IMG/VR virus record: IMGVR_UViG_3300028549_000563
Location: 1-64,000 of that record
Reading direction: 5' to 3' (one strand)
Source of the DNA: a virus
DNA: 64,000 bases
Below, piece by piece: positions 26,800 to 36,897 of the stretch. Both the position numbers and the translations under genes were made by a program. The stretch's first letter is position 1, and each line of letters starts with the position of its first letter. The notes beneath the pieces are model-generated. The model had not been told where the DNA came from, ran no database searches, and was given only the letters and a program-made list of their open reading frames with translations.

Positions 26800-29007
26800 A
26801 TGGCAAAAAACATTTCATCATTAGGTATAATGGAAAAAGTAGAAAATGTTGCACAATCTGTAACAAAGATAGAAAAGATATTAGGTAAAGGATTATTACA
26901 GCCATTCAACAATACCAATTCAGCATCTAGAAAGTTGATGTATTCTTCTCAACTAGAACAAATATTACCAATCATGGATTCAGATATTCCTGATGTAACT
27001 ACAGGGTATGAAGTAGAATTTGCAAGTTATGCTTCATCTTTAATTACCGCAGAAGAAGACTATGAAGTTATTGCAATAGTTCCTAAATATTTGTATGATG
27101 AAAAAAGTCATTATACTATGGTAGTTAAAACCTCTGATAATCGTTATACGATAATCGAACGTATCGGATATGGTCATATATCCGAGTCTTATGGTTATAT
27201 TTTAGATAATCGAGAATTAGATTGTTTAAATGTTGGAGGGCGAATAAGAGCCGGCAAGACTGTACAGAAGAGTCAATCATTTGATAAGTATGGTAATAGA
27301 CAAGATGGGGTAAATATGCGAGTAGCATATATGGCCCACAATAAAACAACAGAGGATGGAATAATAATTTCAGCATCTGCAGCTAAAAGGTTAGCTTCGC
27401 CATTTGTTCATCAAATTTCTGTAGTAATAAATGACAATGATATACCTTTAAATTTATATGGTAATTCCGATATATATAAATCATTTCCAAATGTTGGTGA
27501 AAATATTAAAAATGGAATACTATGTGCTATACGAAGGGACAGAAAAGAAGAAAGTTTATATACACAATCATTTAATAGACTTTCTGAAATAATGATATCT
27601 GATGAAAAGTATCCTGTATCAGGTAAAGTTGTTGATATAAATATTAGATGTAATAATCCAGAAGGATTAGAAGCATCTTATTATAATGGACAACTAAAAC
27701 ACATCTATGATGAAAATATGGATTACCATAGAAGATTATTAGATGTACTAGATCCAATCATGGAGAATCCAGATAAATGTAGTTATGAATTAAAGAAACT
27801 CTTTATGCTTAGTGATAAAACATATAAAGGCGTAAAGCATATGAACGACAAAGTATTCTCTAATACTATATTAGAGATTACAGTATTACAAATTGACGAA
27901 CTAGCTGTAGGGGACAAACTTACAGATAGGTATGGTGGAAAAGGGGTTGTATCTGAGATTAGACCAGATGAACTCATGCCTCAACTTAATACTGCAAAAT
28001 CTATAGATATCATATTCAATATCTTTGGTTGTGTAAATAGAGAGAATCCAGGTCAGTTATTTGAAGTTAGTACTACATCTATGTCTAGTAGATTAGTAGA
28101 CTTATTCAGACATATTCAATATAATCCAGGAAGTAATACTGATGAGCTATTAGAGATGTATTATGACTTTATGTCGCAATTCTCACCAGCTATGAGTAAC
28201 TGGGCTAGAAAATATAATGAAGATATATCTGACGATGAGAGAGCAATCTTTATGGACCACATAATTGCAGATGAGGTTATAAAACTTACATTAGAACCAA
28301 TTTCAGAATCATTAAATGTAAATGCTCTAGATCGTATCTATACTAAATATGATTGGATGTGGATGGAGCCCTATACCATGACAGTTCCAATATTAGGCAG
28401 CGATGGCCAATATAGATTCGTAGAAGCAAGAAGAAAAGTATATTCTGGTAGAAAATATATTCATAGACTTAAACAATATCCTAAGGATAAATTTAGTGCT
28501 ACTAGCTTATCTTCAACTAATATACGAAGTGAACCAACTAAATCAAAAGCTAATAAAAATTATAAGTTTCCATATACCAAAACACCTATACGATTTGGAG
28601 AGATGGAAACTGGAGACTTTGAGCATATTGATGTATTGACTGTAGTTAAAAATCTTATGCTGCATTCTAGTTCTCCTATAGGAAGAAAACAAACTAAGAA
28701 TTTATATACCGATGATCCATTCAATGTAAATATAGAATTAACAGACGATGCTAGAAATAGAAACGTAGAAATTCTAAATGTATATTTGAAAACTATGGGG
28801 TTGAAGTTGGTATTCAAAACAATCGCAAAGAAATTATATACACCATTCACAGTTCATCCATTTACAATATCTAACCCTGAACTTACCTATTATACTCCAT
28901 TTGAGATAGAAGGTGCACCAGAAGATGAAAAGGTAAATGCAGTTTGTTTAAAGAATGAAGATGGATTATACTGTCCATTTTATGTAACACCATTTACAAT
29001 AGTATAA
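26800..29007 (+). CDS. multisubunit RNA polymerase beta subunit, C-terminal half
   Basis: SASRKLMYSSQLEQILP (compare ANRALMGxNMQRQAVP), HNKTTEDGIIIS, DRYGGKGVVSEI (compare RHGNKGV), IRFGEMETGDF (compare RFGEME). The tail holds five PF-x-I/V motifs. Confidence 0.8.
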   Translation: MAKNISSLGIMEKVENVAQSVTKIEKILGKGLLQPFNNTNSASRKLMYSSQLEQILPIMDSDIPDVTTGYEVEFASYASSLITAEEDYEVIAIVPKYLYDEKSHYTMVVKTSDNRYTIIERIGYGHISESYGYILDNRELDCLNVGGRIRAGKTVQKSQSFDKYGNRQDGVNMRVAYMAHNKTTEDGIIISASAAKRLASPFVHQISVVINDNDIPLNLYGNSDIYKSFPNVGENIKNGILCAIRRDRKEESLYTQSFNRLSEIMISDEKYPVSGKVVDINIRCNNPEGLEASYYNGQLKHIYDENMDYHRRLLDVLDPIMENPDKCSYELKKLFMLSDKTYKGVKHMNDKVFSNTILEITVLQIDELAVGDKLTDRYGGKGVVSEIRPDELMPQLNTAKSIDIIFNIFGCVNRENPGQLFEVSTTSMSSRLVDLFRHIQYNPGSNTDELLEMYYDFMSQFSPAMSNWARKYNEDISDDERAIFMDHIIADEVIKLTLEPISESLNVNALDRIYTKYDWMWMEPYTMTVPILGSDGQYRFVEARRKVYSGRKYIHRLKQYPKDKFSATSLSSTNIRSEPTKSKANKNYKFPYTKTPIRFGEMETGDFEHIDVLTVVKNLMLHSSSPIGRKQTKNLYTDDPFNVNIELTDDARNRNVEILNVYLKTMGLKLVFKTIAKKLYTPFTVHPFTISNPELTYYTPFEIEGAPEDEKVNAVCLKNEDGLYCPFYVTPFTIV

Positions 29008-31413
29008 ATGAGTATATATTATAATAGTAGAAAGGAGTGTGATTTTAGGATGAAATCTAAAAATTATATCGACAAAATGCTATACGAGATTAAAGATAGG
29101 TTATTACTAGGTGACCTAACAGCAATTCTCAGCTCTAAGGTTGTAGATGATATTAATCTACGATCCGTTGAGATTATACAAAAAAGAGACCTAGATAAAA
29201 TAGAGATTGATGAACTAAAACTAATATTAGAAATATCTAATATCGTTTATGAAAACTCAATCAAAGACTGTCCTTTAGAAGACGGAATATATGATTTGTT
29301 AATAGAATTATATAGAACGTATAATCCTAATATACCTATAGGTGCACAATATGTGGATTTTCAATCTTACGATAATGCTGCAAACTTTATCGAGAAAGAA
29401 CCATATGTACCTTTTACTATATTAGAAAATAGGGATAATATGTTATTTGATAAGTCTATATTGGGAGAATCCTATGCCATTCCAATAGACTATCAAATAC
29501 AAATAACAAGATCGCCATTTACGATAGATGGCAAAGAACCGCAAATTAAGTATGAGACAGTAAAGAAACGAATTGTTGGGGAATCTATTCATGAATACCC
29601 TAAACTTGTTGGGACTTTGGACAAATGTAAATTTGTCCTTAATTCCCAAGCAGAAGAAAAAGGTGTACTTAAAGATCCAACAGTAAAAATCTTTGAACGC
29701 GATTTTATTCATAAGCATATTAATATGGGAATTATACATCCCACAAGCAGAATAAAATTAATGTTAATGCTTAAGTATGATGGAATATCTGTTCCATCAG
29801 AAGTGTCAAATAGAGTCTTATCGGCTACAACTAGAGGAGATACGACAGATAATGTTGGTGCTGATTTAACACCAATACTTAAAGACTATCCCTTCCCAAA
29901 AGCTTTTAAGGCAGGAATACCAGATAATAATATATTTGGTATGAAATTTGAAGCTATAATGACGTATGAAGATTTATATAGATTTAATATCTTCAGAACA
30001 GATAAAGCATCAGATTATAAAAATGCTAGAACAGCAATAATAGGTTTATTTGGAGCGGGAGATGCGCCAAGCTATAGAGATTTTATAACTCTAGTACCAT
30101 TGGCTACATCTATCGAAATGGATAGACAGACTGAAGCGGATTTTATGAACAAGTATTATTCTACTAAAGAATCTTTACGCTATGAAATAATTGAAGGTGA
30201 TCTTACCGAGATAATGTTTATGGTCAAGAGATATGTAGAAGAAGCAGATTACATGAGAAGTTTTATGCCTTTCATGTATGATGGAGTAGTTGTATCATAT
30301 GTCGATTTAGACATAATAAATAAGTTAGGACGTATTGGAAGTATTAATCAATACGAAATAGCAATAAAGTTTAACCCTATGAAAAAGCAAACGACCTTTA
30401 GAGGTTATACGTTTAATGTAGGGCAAGATGGAACGATAACACCAATGATACATTATACTCCAGTAGAATTTTATGGAACTATACACCCTGTATCTAGTGG
30501 ACATTCGTATAACAAGTTTAAAGAATTAGATCTGCATATAGGTGATATATTAGACATAACGTATGTAAATGAAGTTATGCCATATGTATCTAAACCAGAT
30601 AATTCATTTAATGCAGAAAATGCTAGAAATACACCAGCTGTAATATTCCCAATACGATGCCCTGAATGTGGCATGGAATTGATAGAATCTGAATCTGGTA
30701 AAACAATGTTATGTACTAATATGGAATGTCCTGGACGTACAATATCTAGGATAGTAAACATGCTTAAAAAACTTAACTTTAAAGATTTTGCAGAGGAAAA
30801 TCTACGCAAAATTAATAAGTATAGTTTAGATGAACTTATCAATATATCTATTGAGGATATAGAAGCGATCGAATTCGGTCCTTTAATTAAAGAAAAGTTT
30901 ATTGAAAGAATTCAAACTATGAAAACCGAACCTACAGAAGATTTTAGAATTGTTGGTTCACTTGGATTTAATAATATAGGACGCCGTAATTGGAAGATTA
31001 TATTAAATGCAATATCATTAGAAGAAATTATTAATGATACAGCTGAAGTATTAAAGAGCAAACTTACATCTATTAAAGGTATTGGTAAATTAAAGGCTGA
31101 TACTATAATAGAAGAAAGATCTTTCTTCATGAAAGACCTAAAAACTATTTCAAATATGAACAATATTATACGTACTAAAGGAACTTATCTAGGCAAATCT
31201 GTCAGATATACTGGTGTGCGAAATAGTGCTTTAGATGAAATATTAAATGATTTAGGATTCGATGCCGATGGAGAAGGTTCAATTACTAAATCCACAGACA
31301 TTGTAATTGTACCGTATGCAGGATATCAAAGTGCTAAACTTTCCAAGATATCCGATACATGCATAGTCGTGCCTATAACTGATATTATGGCAAACCCTAG
31401 TAGCTACTTATAG
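29008..31413 (+). CDS. ligA: NAD-dependent DNA ligase
   Basis: KYDGIS (KxDG adenylation site), Zn finger CPECG...CTNMECPGR, HhH IKGIGKLKAD, BRCT-like C-terminus. Start is uncertain (ATG 29008 or 29050). Confidence 0.85.
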   Translation: MSIYYNSRKECDFRMKSKNYIDKMLYEIKDRLLLGDLTAILSSKVVDDINLRSVEIIQKRDLDKIEIDELKLILEISNIVYENSIKDCPLEDGIYDLLIELYRTYNPNIPIGAQYVDFQSYDNAANFIEKEPYVPFTILENRDNMLFDKSILGESYAIPIDYQIQITRSPFTIDGKEPQIKYETVKKRIVGESIHEYPKLVGTLDKCKFVLNSQAEEKGVLKDPTVKIFERDFIHKHINMGIIHPTSRIKLMLMLKYDGISVPSEVSNRVLSATTRGDTTDNVGADLTPILKDYPFPKAFKAGIPDNNIFGMKFEAIMTYEDLYRFNIFRTDKASDYKNARTAIIGLFGAGDAPSYRDFITLVPLATSIEMDRQTEADFMNKYYSTKESLRYEIIEGDLTEIMFMVKRYVEEADYMRSFMPFMYDGVVVSYVDLDIINKLGRIGSINQYEIAIKFNPMKKQTTFRGYTFNVGQDGTITPMIHYTPVEFYGTIHPVSSGHSYNKFKELDLHIGDILDITYVNEVMPYVSKPDNSFNAENARNTPAVIFPIRCPECGMELIESESGKTMLCTNMECPGRTISRIVNMLKKLNFKDFAEENLRKINKYSLDELINISIEDIEAIEFGPLIKEKFIERIQTMKTEPTEDFRIVGSLGFNNIGRRNWKIILNAISLEEIINDTAEVLKSKLTSIKGIGKLKADTIIEERSFFMKDLKTISNMNNIIRTKGTYLGKSVRYTGVRNSALDEILNDLGFDADGEGSITKSTDIVIVPYAGYQSAKLSKISDTCIVVPITDIMANPSSYL

Positions 31414-31470
31414 GCAGAAAATTAAATGTTTACAATGTATTAAACATTTAATTAAAGTGTATTATAATTA

Positions 31471-31485
31471 TATATTATTAATATG
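31471..31485 (+). promoter_or_regulatory. TATATTATT-N3-ATG variant box
   Basis: tatattattaatatg, upstream of 31542. Confidence 0.4.
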
Positions 31486-31541
31486 TATAATTTTAATAAT
31501 TATATCAAAAAACATAATAAAAAGATTCAGAGGAGGACATT

Positions 31542-32123
31542 ATGAAGTTAATGGAAACAAGTATCCCAGTGCAATTTACAGAAATTATTAAGGTGAGAGC
31601 GTTCAGTATATCCCCAACATTTGTTGAGCCTATTTATCAAATCGCTTTTACAACTATCGCGCATTTTCTTCAGCTTACTAAGGAGAAGAAAAAAGTAGCA
31701 TTAAAGATTTTTGATGAGAATGGAACATTCTTATTTGCAGCTGTAACTAATTATCATCCTAACGAAGATCCAGAAATGCCAGGTAACTATACCATGGAAT
31801 TCACATTTGATGAAGATGATCTAGACGGAGCAACCATCTATCAAGATTCAGATCAAAACTTTATAAAACTTTTAAAGCATACTGCATTTGACATTGCAAA
31901 CATGAACTTTAAGTTTGAAACCGATGTACTTGCTATGTTCCGTTACGCGTACAAAGCTTTACATGATTGGTTAAAGGTTAATACTGGAGAAGTAGTTGCT
32001 AGCACGTTTGTAGCTTCTGCTGGTGAAGAAGAAGGCGAAAGATTTATGTCTATCGTTCCAGATGGTATTCTGAAAAGATTAATCAAAGATGATGCGTCAT
32101 TAGAATCTGACGTTTCGGCATAA
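31542..32123 (+). CDS. hypothetical acidic protein
   Basis: 193-aa ORF, SD GAGGAGG. Confidence 0.5.
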   Translation: MKLMETSIPVQFTEIIKVRAFSISPTFVEPIYQIAFTTIAHFLQLTKEKKKVALKIFDENGTFLFAAVTNYHPNEDPEMPGNYTMEFTFDEDDLDGATIYQDSDQNFIKLLKHTAFDIANMNFKFETDVLAMFRYAYKALHDWLKVNTGEVVASTFVASAGEEEGERFMSIVPDGILKRLIKDDASLESDVSA

Positions 32124-32139
32124 AATACTAGTAAACCAC

Positions 32140-32183
32140 AAAACTTCATATGAATTAATTTTCATATGAAGTTTTCTTTTTTT
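32140..32183 (+). terminator. hairpin terminator
   Basis: 15-bp stem aaaacttcatatgaa / ttcatatgaagtttt followed by a T-run. Confidence 0.8.
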
Positions 32184-32210
32184 AATTAAATAAAAATGAG
32201 GTGATAGTAG

Positions 32211-32843
32211 ATGGATTTAAAGAAGGCTAAAGCTGACAACAAGATATATGAGGTTGTCAAAGAGGATGAGTTTGTAAAAGCAAAATCAGGATTTGCAGGA
32301 GCTACACTGGCTGTGGAGCAAGGCGAATTCTTCTACCCTGAAAGAAATATGGAAGATGCATTAACAAAGAAGCCAGGAATCTACGATTACGAGACATTCT
32401 TTTATTATGAGAAACCTACAAAACCAGAAGACATTGAAGAGTTGTCTATAAATAATATTATAGATTTCAATGGCAAGAATATAAAAGATATTATATTAAG
32501 TGATAAGTTATTGAAAGATAAGGAGCGCGAAATATTAATATCATCCGATAATATAGACATACTTACAATATCGGATAATGATGAACCTGAAATGAAAGGT
32601 CTTAAACTTGCTATAAATGCCAAAAAGATGGACATAGATACTTATGAAAGTAGATTTGGAGCAAACTTCAACAATGATAAAAGATTAATTACTAAGAATA
32701 CTATAAGTATGAAGAAACTTAAATCTATATGTGAAAATTTAGATATTAACGTTAAGATCGTACTAGAAGATTCTAATGATAATGTAGTTAATCCTATTGG
32801 AAAACCAATAGAAATATATCTAGTAAATGGGGAGAGTGAATAA
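32211..32843 (+). CDS. hypothetical protein
   Basis: 210-aa ORF, SD GAGGTG. Confidence 0.5.
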   Translation: MDLKKAKADNKIYEVVKEDEFVKAKSGFAGATLAVEQGEFFYPERNMEDALTKKPGIYDYETFFYYEKPTKPEDIEELSINNIIDFNGKNIKDIILSDKLLKDKEREILISSDNIDILTISDNDEPEMKGLKLAINAKKMDIDTYESRFGANFNNDKRLITKNTISMKKLKSICENLDINVKIVLEDSNDNVVNPIGKPIEIYLVNGESE

Positions 32844-32849
32844 TACTGC

Positions 32850-34634
32850 ATGGATCAATCTAAATTAGTATACGAATACTCAAAGGCCACGAGAGGTAAA
32901 TTTAATCAAGAATTATTAGACTTCTCGCATAATGACGAAAAAACTATAAATGAAATTATAAACATAATACGTGTATGCCAAAGAGATAGAGTTTACTCTA
33001 TAAAATTAGTAGGATATTATATAATGGAAGATCCTATTAAAATAGATATATATCTAAAAACATATACTGATATTAGAACCAAAAAGACAACAAGAAAAAA
33101 CAAAGATAATATGTATGATTATATACAATTAAAAGATACAGACGTTGTATTATTAATCGTTAGATATTATATTGAAGCTAGAGGAGAATCTAAAACAATA
33201 GAGGTTCCTATAGCTATACCAAAAACAGTTAACAAATATTATTATAGAATCGATGGTAACTGGTATTATTCTATGTACCAGATAGTAGATGGTTCTACTT
33301 ATAATAACTCTGGAGTTAATAGTAAGAAAAGCACTATTACACAAAAGACAGTATTTCAACCTATAAAAGTCTATAGAGAAATACTAGATTTAAAAACACA
33401 TAATCATGGTAAGAAACCTGCAACGGTGTATAAGACAAATGTATTTACAAAACCTTTATTGGGAATGGTATATATATTTGCTAAGAAGACTTTATTGCAT
33501 GGATTAGATTATCTAGGAATATCTAGATGCATTAGTTTCTCAGAGACAGCTCCTGTTGATGATGATACATATGCATTTGAAACTGGCAATGGTTTCTTTG
33601 TAACAACTCCCAAAATGTTATATGACAAAGAACCATTTATTCAATCTGCAGTTTATACTATAGTAAAATCTATTGGTAAGCAAACTCATTTTGAAGATAT
33701 ATTTAAAAATGATTATTGGCTTAAAGTATTAGGCTATACTTTTAATAATAAGTATAGTATTGAAAAAGGTATGGAATTATGTTATTCTCTTGAAGGGTTA
33801 TATGATATAACTACAAGGGAGACTATTAATTTGCCTGATAATCAAAAAGAAGATATCTATGCTATCCTTAGATGGATATTTAGAGAATATTCTCAACTCA
33901 AAGTTAAGGATAATCTTAATATTAGAGCTAAGAAAATTAGAAAGTCTGCCTACATAGCTTCAATATATGCAATGAAGTTGGCGACAGGATTACATCGTAT
34001 ATCAAAGCAAGGTAAAAATGTTAAAGTAGAAGATATTGAAACTATGCTTAATATTGCACCTATGCATATAGTAAAAAATGTAATCAAAACAAAACTTGTC
34101 ACATATCGAAATGCAGTTAATGATATGGATGCATTTGTAGCATTAAAGTATACATTTAAAGGACCTAGCGGTATTGCGGATAAATCTGCAGCATCCGTTC
34201 CAGATTCTTTAAAACTTATTGACCCTAGTATGATAGAAGTTATAGATATGGACACCTCTAGTAATTCAGATCCTGGATTATCTGGTATGTTGGCTCCATA
34301 TGCTAATATAAACGAAAAGGGTTATCTAGATGGAACGTATGAAGAACCTAATACTTGGGAACAGGATTTCAATGACCTTATGAACCAATATAATGATATC
34401 AAAGGTATAGAACAAGTTCTTAAGTTTAAACAATTATCTGGCGATCATACACCTATAGAAGAAGAACAGATTATTATTGATACCTTGAATACTTTTAAAG
34501 GTATGGGCGATACTCTACAAGAAGCAGATGCTACAGAAGAAGTTATATTAAGACAACCATTCACCATTACATATGGTATGGACTTATTAGATGGATTCAT
34601 ATATCTGGATGAAGACTCGCAAGGAGGAAATTAA
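32850..34634 (+). CDS. multisubunit RNA polymerase beta subunit, N-terminal half
   Basis: FKGPSGIADKSAASVPDSLKLIDPSMIEVIDMDTSSNSDPGLSGMLAPYANINEKGYL aligns by eye with bacterial beta LSALGPGGL...ETPEGPNIGLI..L..YA..N.YGF. The next conserved block starts the ORF at 26800. Confidence 0.6.
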   Translation: MDQSKLVYEYSKATRGKFNQELLDFSHNDEKTINEIINIIRVCQRDRVYSIKLVGYYIMEDPIKIDIYLKTYTDIRTKKTTRKNKDNMYDYIQLKDTDVVLLIVRYYIEARGESKTIEVPIAIPKTVNKYYYRIDGNWYYSMYQIVDGSTYNNSGVNSKKSTITQKTVFQPIKVYREILDLKTHNHGKKPATVYKTNVFTKPLLGMVYIFAKKTLLHGLDYLGISRCISFSETAPVDDDTYAFETGNGFFVTTPKMLYDKEPFIQSAVYTIVKSIGKQTHFEDIFKNDYWLKVLGYTFNNKYSIEKGMELCYSLEGLYDITTRETINLPDNQKEDIYAILRWIFREYSQLKVKDNLNIRAKKIRKSAYIASIYAMKLATGLHRISKQGKNVKVEDIETMLNIAPMHIVKNVIKTKLVTYRNAVNDMDAFVALKYTFKGPSGIADKSAASVPDSLKLIDPSMIEVIDMDTSSNSDPGLSGMLAPYANINEKGYLDGTYEEPNTWEQDFNDLMNQYNDIKGIEQVLKFKQLSGDHTPIEEEQIIIDTLNTFKGMGDTLQEADATEEVILRQPFTITYGMDLLDGFIYLDEDSQGGN

Positions 34635-34636
34635 TA

Positions 34637-34870
34637 ATGATTAATAAAGGTTTTGGTTATTTTCATTTCTCTAAACAACAACTAGACGAAAGAACAGTTG
34701 CTGAAGCTAAACTGGGTAATAAGTATTACCCAGGAACTGTAATTGTGAAAGGTAAAGAAAAATCTTTCACGGATATTATAGCAACTCCAGTATCAAGATA
34801 TAATGATGCTATACTCATTACTCAAGGTGAACTGGACAAGATCAAATATAATAAACCATACGCAGATTAA
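34637..34870 (+). CDS. hypothetical protein
   Basis: 77-aa ORF, SD AAGGAGG. Confidence 0.5.
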   Translation: MINKGFGYFHFSKQQLDERTVAEAKLGNKYYPGTVIVKGKEKSFTDIIATPVSRYNDAILITQGELDKIKYNKPYAD

Positions 34871-34878
34871 TAATATTT

Positions 34879-34890
34879 AACATAATATTA
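34879..34890 (+). promoter_or_regulatory. AACA-N6-TA promoter-like motif
   Basis: aacataatatta, 22 nt before ATG 34912. Confidence 0.45.
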
Positions 34891-34911
34891 ATCAAATTAT
34901 GGAGGTGAAGT

Positions 34912-35220
34912 ATGGAGAGTAATTTATACTGTCCATTTTCTATTAGTCCATTAGGTTCGTGCCCAAATTGTTTTGGTACTGACATGGTATTATTAGAAAA
35001 AGACATAGAAGCTTCAATGTTGTCACCACAAGGTGTTATAGAAAAGACCGTAAATATATCTAATGAATCTAAATTATTCTGTACTACATGTAATGAAGAA
35101 TTTGACTATATTAGAAGAGGACTATTCTATCAACCTATAAGTGAGTCTGGTAAAAGGCTCAATGAAATAATAAAAAATGATAATATAGACAAATCAACCA
35201 AAAACCCATTCTCTATATAG
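34912..35220 (+). CDS. small Zn-ribbon protein with PF-x-I motif at both termini
   Basis: CPNC...CTTC; N-terminal LYCPFSI and C-terminal KNPFSI-stop. Confidence 0.6.
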   Translation: MESNLYCPFSISPLGSCPNCFGTDMVLLEKDIEASMLSPQGVIEKTVNISNESKLFCTTCNEEFDYIRRGLFYQPISESGKRLNEIIKNDNIDKSTKNPFSI

Positions 35221-35244
35221 AGAATGGGTTACCTTTATTATTTT
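35203..35244 (+). terminator. hairpin terminator overlapping the last codons of the CDS
   Basis: aacccattctct / atat / agagaatgggtt then a T-rich tract. Confidence 0.7.
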
Positions 35245-35261
35245 CTTAGGAGGAAAATAAA

Positions 35262-35912
35262 ATGTTAAAAAATGTAGAAGAAATAACAGAACCAACACTT
35301 TCAGTAGAAGATACTATAATAATTAAAGAATCATATTGCCCATTTACAATAGACGAAAAACCTCGTTTTGTTGAAGATAAATATACTGCATCTAATGGCA
35401 TGGTTCTATCGTATAAGAAATTCAAAAATGCAAGAGCTATTGATACTAAGTCTGGCGATGGCGGAGGATTTATGCTAATTGATATTAATAGCTTTATCGT
35501 TGGTGATACTAAAACTCCGGCGATAGAATCGTTAGAAGATACAGAAATAATATGGATAATATCAGGAGGTGCTAATTCTAATGGTGTAAAGATTATATCC
35601 GGTAATACAGGAGAATATACTGTAGCTCTAAAAGAATTTGCTGCGCTACATCAAGATGCTTTAATATTAACTATTTCCGGAATTGTTGCAGAAGAGTCTT
35701 GTCATATTACTATTGACGATATTGCGGCTGATAATTTATATTATATTAGGGCCGGATTTGATAATGTAAATGATCACATTGCCCAATATGAATGCGGATA
35801 TGTATATCTATATCATAATTTACAAGGTGTTGAACTTAAATATAATCTAGATAAAAATGCTATATTAAAGTATGGTAACGATGTGATAAGAATGCGAGCA
35901 ATCTGCATCTAA
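35262..35912 (+). CDS. hypothetical protein with N-proximal SYCPFTID
   Basis: 216-aa ORF, SD AGGAGG. Confidence 0.55.
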   Translation: MLKNVEEITEPTLSVEDTIIIKESYCPFTIDEKPRFVEDKYTASNGMVLSYKKFKNARAIDTKSGDGGGFMLIDINSFIVGDTKTPAIESLEDTEIIWIISGGANSNGVKIISGNTGEYTVALKEFAALHQDALILTISGIVAEESCHITIDDIAADNLYYIRAGFDNVNDHIAQYECGYVYLYHNLQGVELKYNLDKNAILKYGNDVIRMRAICI

Positions 35913-35923
35913 GGAGGTACTAA

Positions 35924-36562
35924 ATGTTTAATAATATTTTAGAAGAAGTAAAAACAGTTATAAAAACAGCTGAGGGTAATCCTCTAAAAACAAAGATCCC
36001 TAATTATATTGAAGATTGGGTGTTTAATGATTTAGGTATATCTTTAACCGACACAGAGTATTACAAAATTATTATACCAAATAATCCAAATAGAGTATAT
36101 TTGATTATTAGGGATTTAGTAAAATACACGACATTAAAGAAAATGCTAGTGTATGAAATTCCACATACTGAAAGTATAAAACTTACAGATGTGGTAATAT
36201 TAGATCGGTCTACTCTTTTAAATGGAGATAGAGATTCATTTATATTTATGATGTATTTCTTGAATAAAATGTTAGTTGAAAAGGATATTAATTTTAAGAC
36301 AACAAACCCATTGTCTAAAGTAGTATTAAATCCAGCATTAATATCATTAAGAAATACGATACTTCTAGCGGCAGAATGTTTTCCGGATTTACCGGTAACT
36401 GGAACTAATTTTGAAAACTTATGTAAATCGTTGCCTGAATTGGGATTAAACTTAAGTCAGAACCATTTATTATTACTAGTAGATGAATTAGTAGATGATC
36501 CTAACATGCTATACACTGGAAGGATTAAAAGCGTAATTGTTGATCTGAAAAAAGAACAATAA
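35924..36562 (+). CDS. hypothetical protein
   Basis: 212-aa ORF, SD AAGGAGG. Confidence 0.55.
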   Translation: MFNNILEEVKTVIKTAEGNPLKTKIPNYIEDWVFNDLGISLTDTEYYKIIIPNNPNRVYLIIRDLVKYTTLKKMLVYEIPHTESIKLTDVVILDRSTLLNGDRDSFIFMMYFLNKMLVEKDINFKTTNPLSKVVLNPALISLRNTILLAAECFPDLPVTGTNFENLCKSLPELGLNLSQNHLLLLVDELVDDPNMLYTGRIKSVIVDLKKEQ

Positions 36563-36583
36563 AGCCTTCGGGCTTTATTTTTT
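36561..36583 (+). terminator. hairpin terminator
   Basis: aaagcc / ttcg / ggcttt followed by a T-run. Confidence 0.7.
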
Positions 36584-36603
36584 ATGTCGTGGAGGATTAT
36601 AAT

Positions 36604-36897
36604 ATGTTTAATATAGAAAGACCTGATTTTTGTCCACATTGCAAAACACAGCGATGTATAGAACTATATGATAGATTTGATAATCCTATTAGGTACACAT
36701 TATTTCTCAATTTATTTTTCGAGAAAAAAGTTACAGAATTGAGCAAAGGTTTCTATTATTTAAAATGTCGTAATTGTGGAGTATATACCGATACACCATT
36801 GTACACTTCAGATAGATTGCCATTTATGCCGATATCTAATATTAATTATAAATTATTTCTACTACAATATCATAAGGATAAAGGAGATACAATATGA
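36604..36897 (+). CDS. small Zn-ribbon protein
   Basis: SD GGAGGA 8 nt before ATG 36604; CPHC...CRNC. Confidence 0.5.
   Translation: MFNIERPDFCPHCKTQRCIELYDRFDNPIRYTLFLNLFFEKKVTELSKGFYYLKCRNCGVYTDTPLYTSDRLPFMPISNINYKLFLLQYHKDKGDTI

Noticed and set aside
31420-31453. Hairpin aattaaatgttta / taaacatttaatt after ligA as a terminator
   Set aside because: The stem is all A-T and there is no T-run, so I did not list it as a feature. It may still pause transcription.
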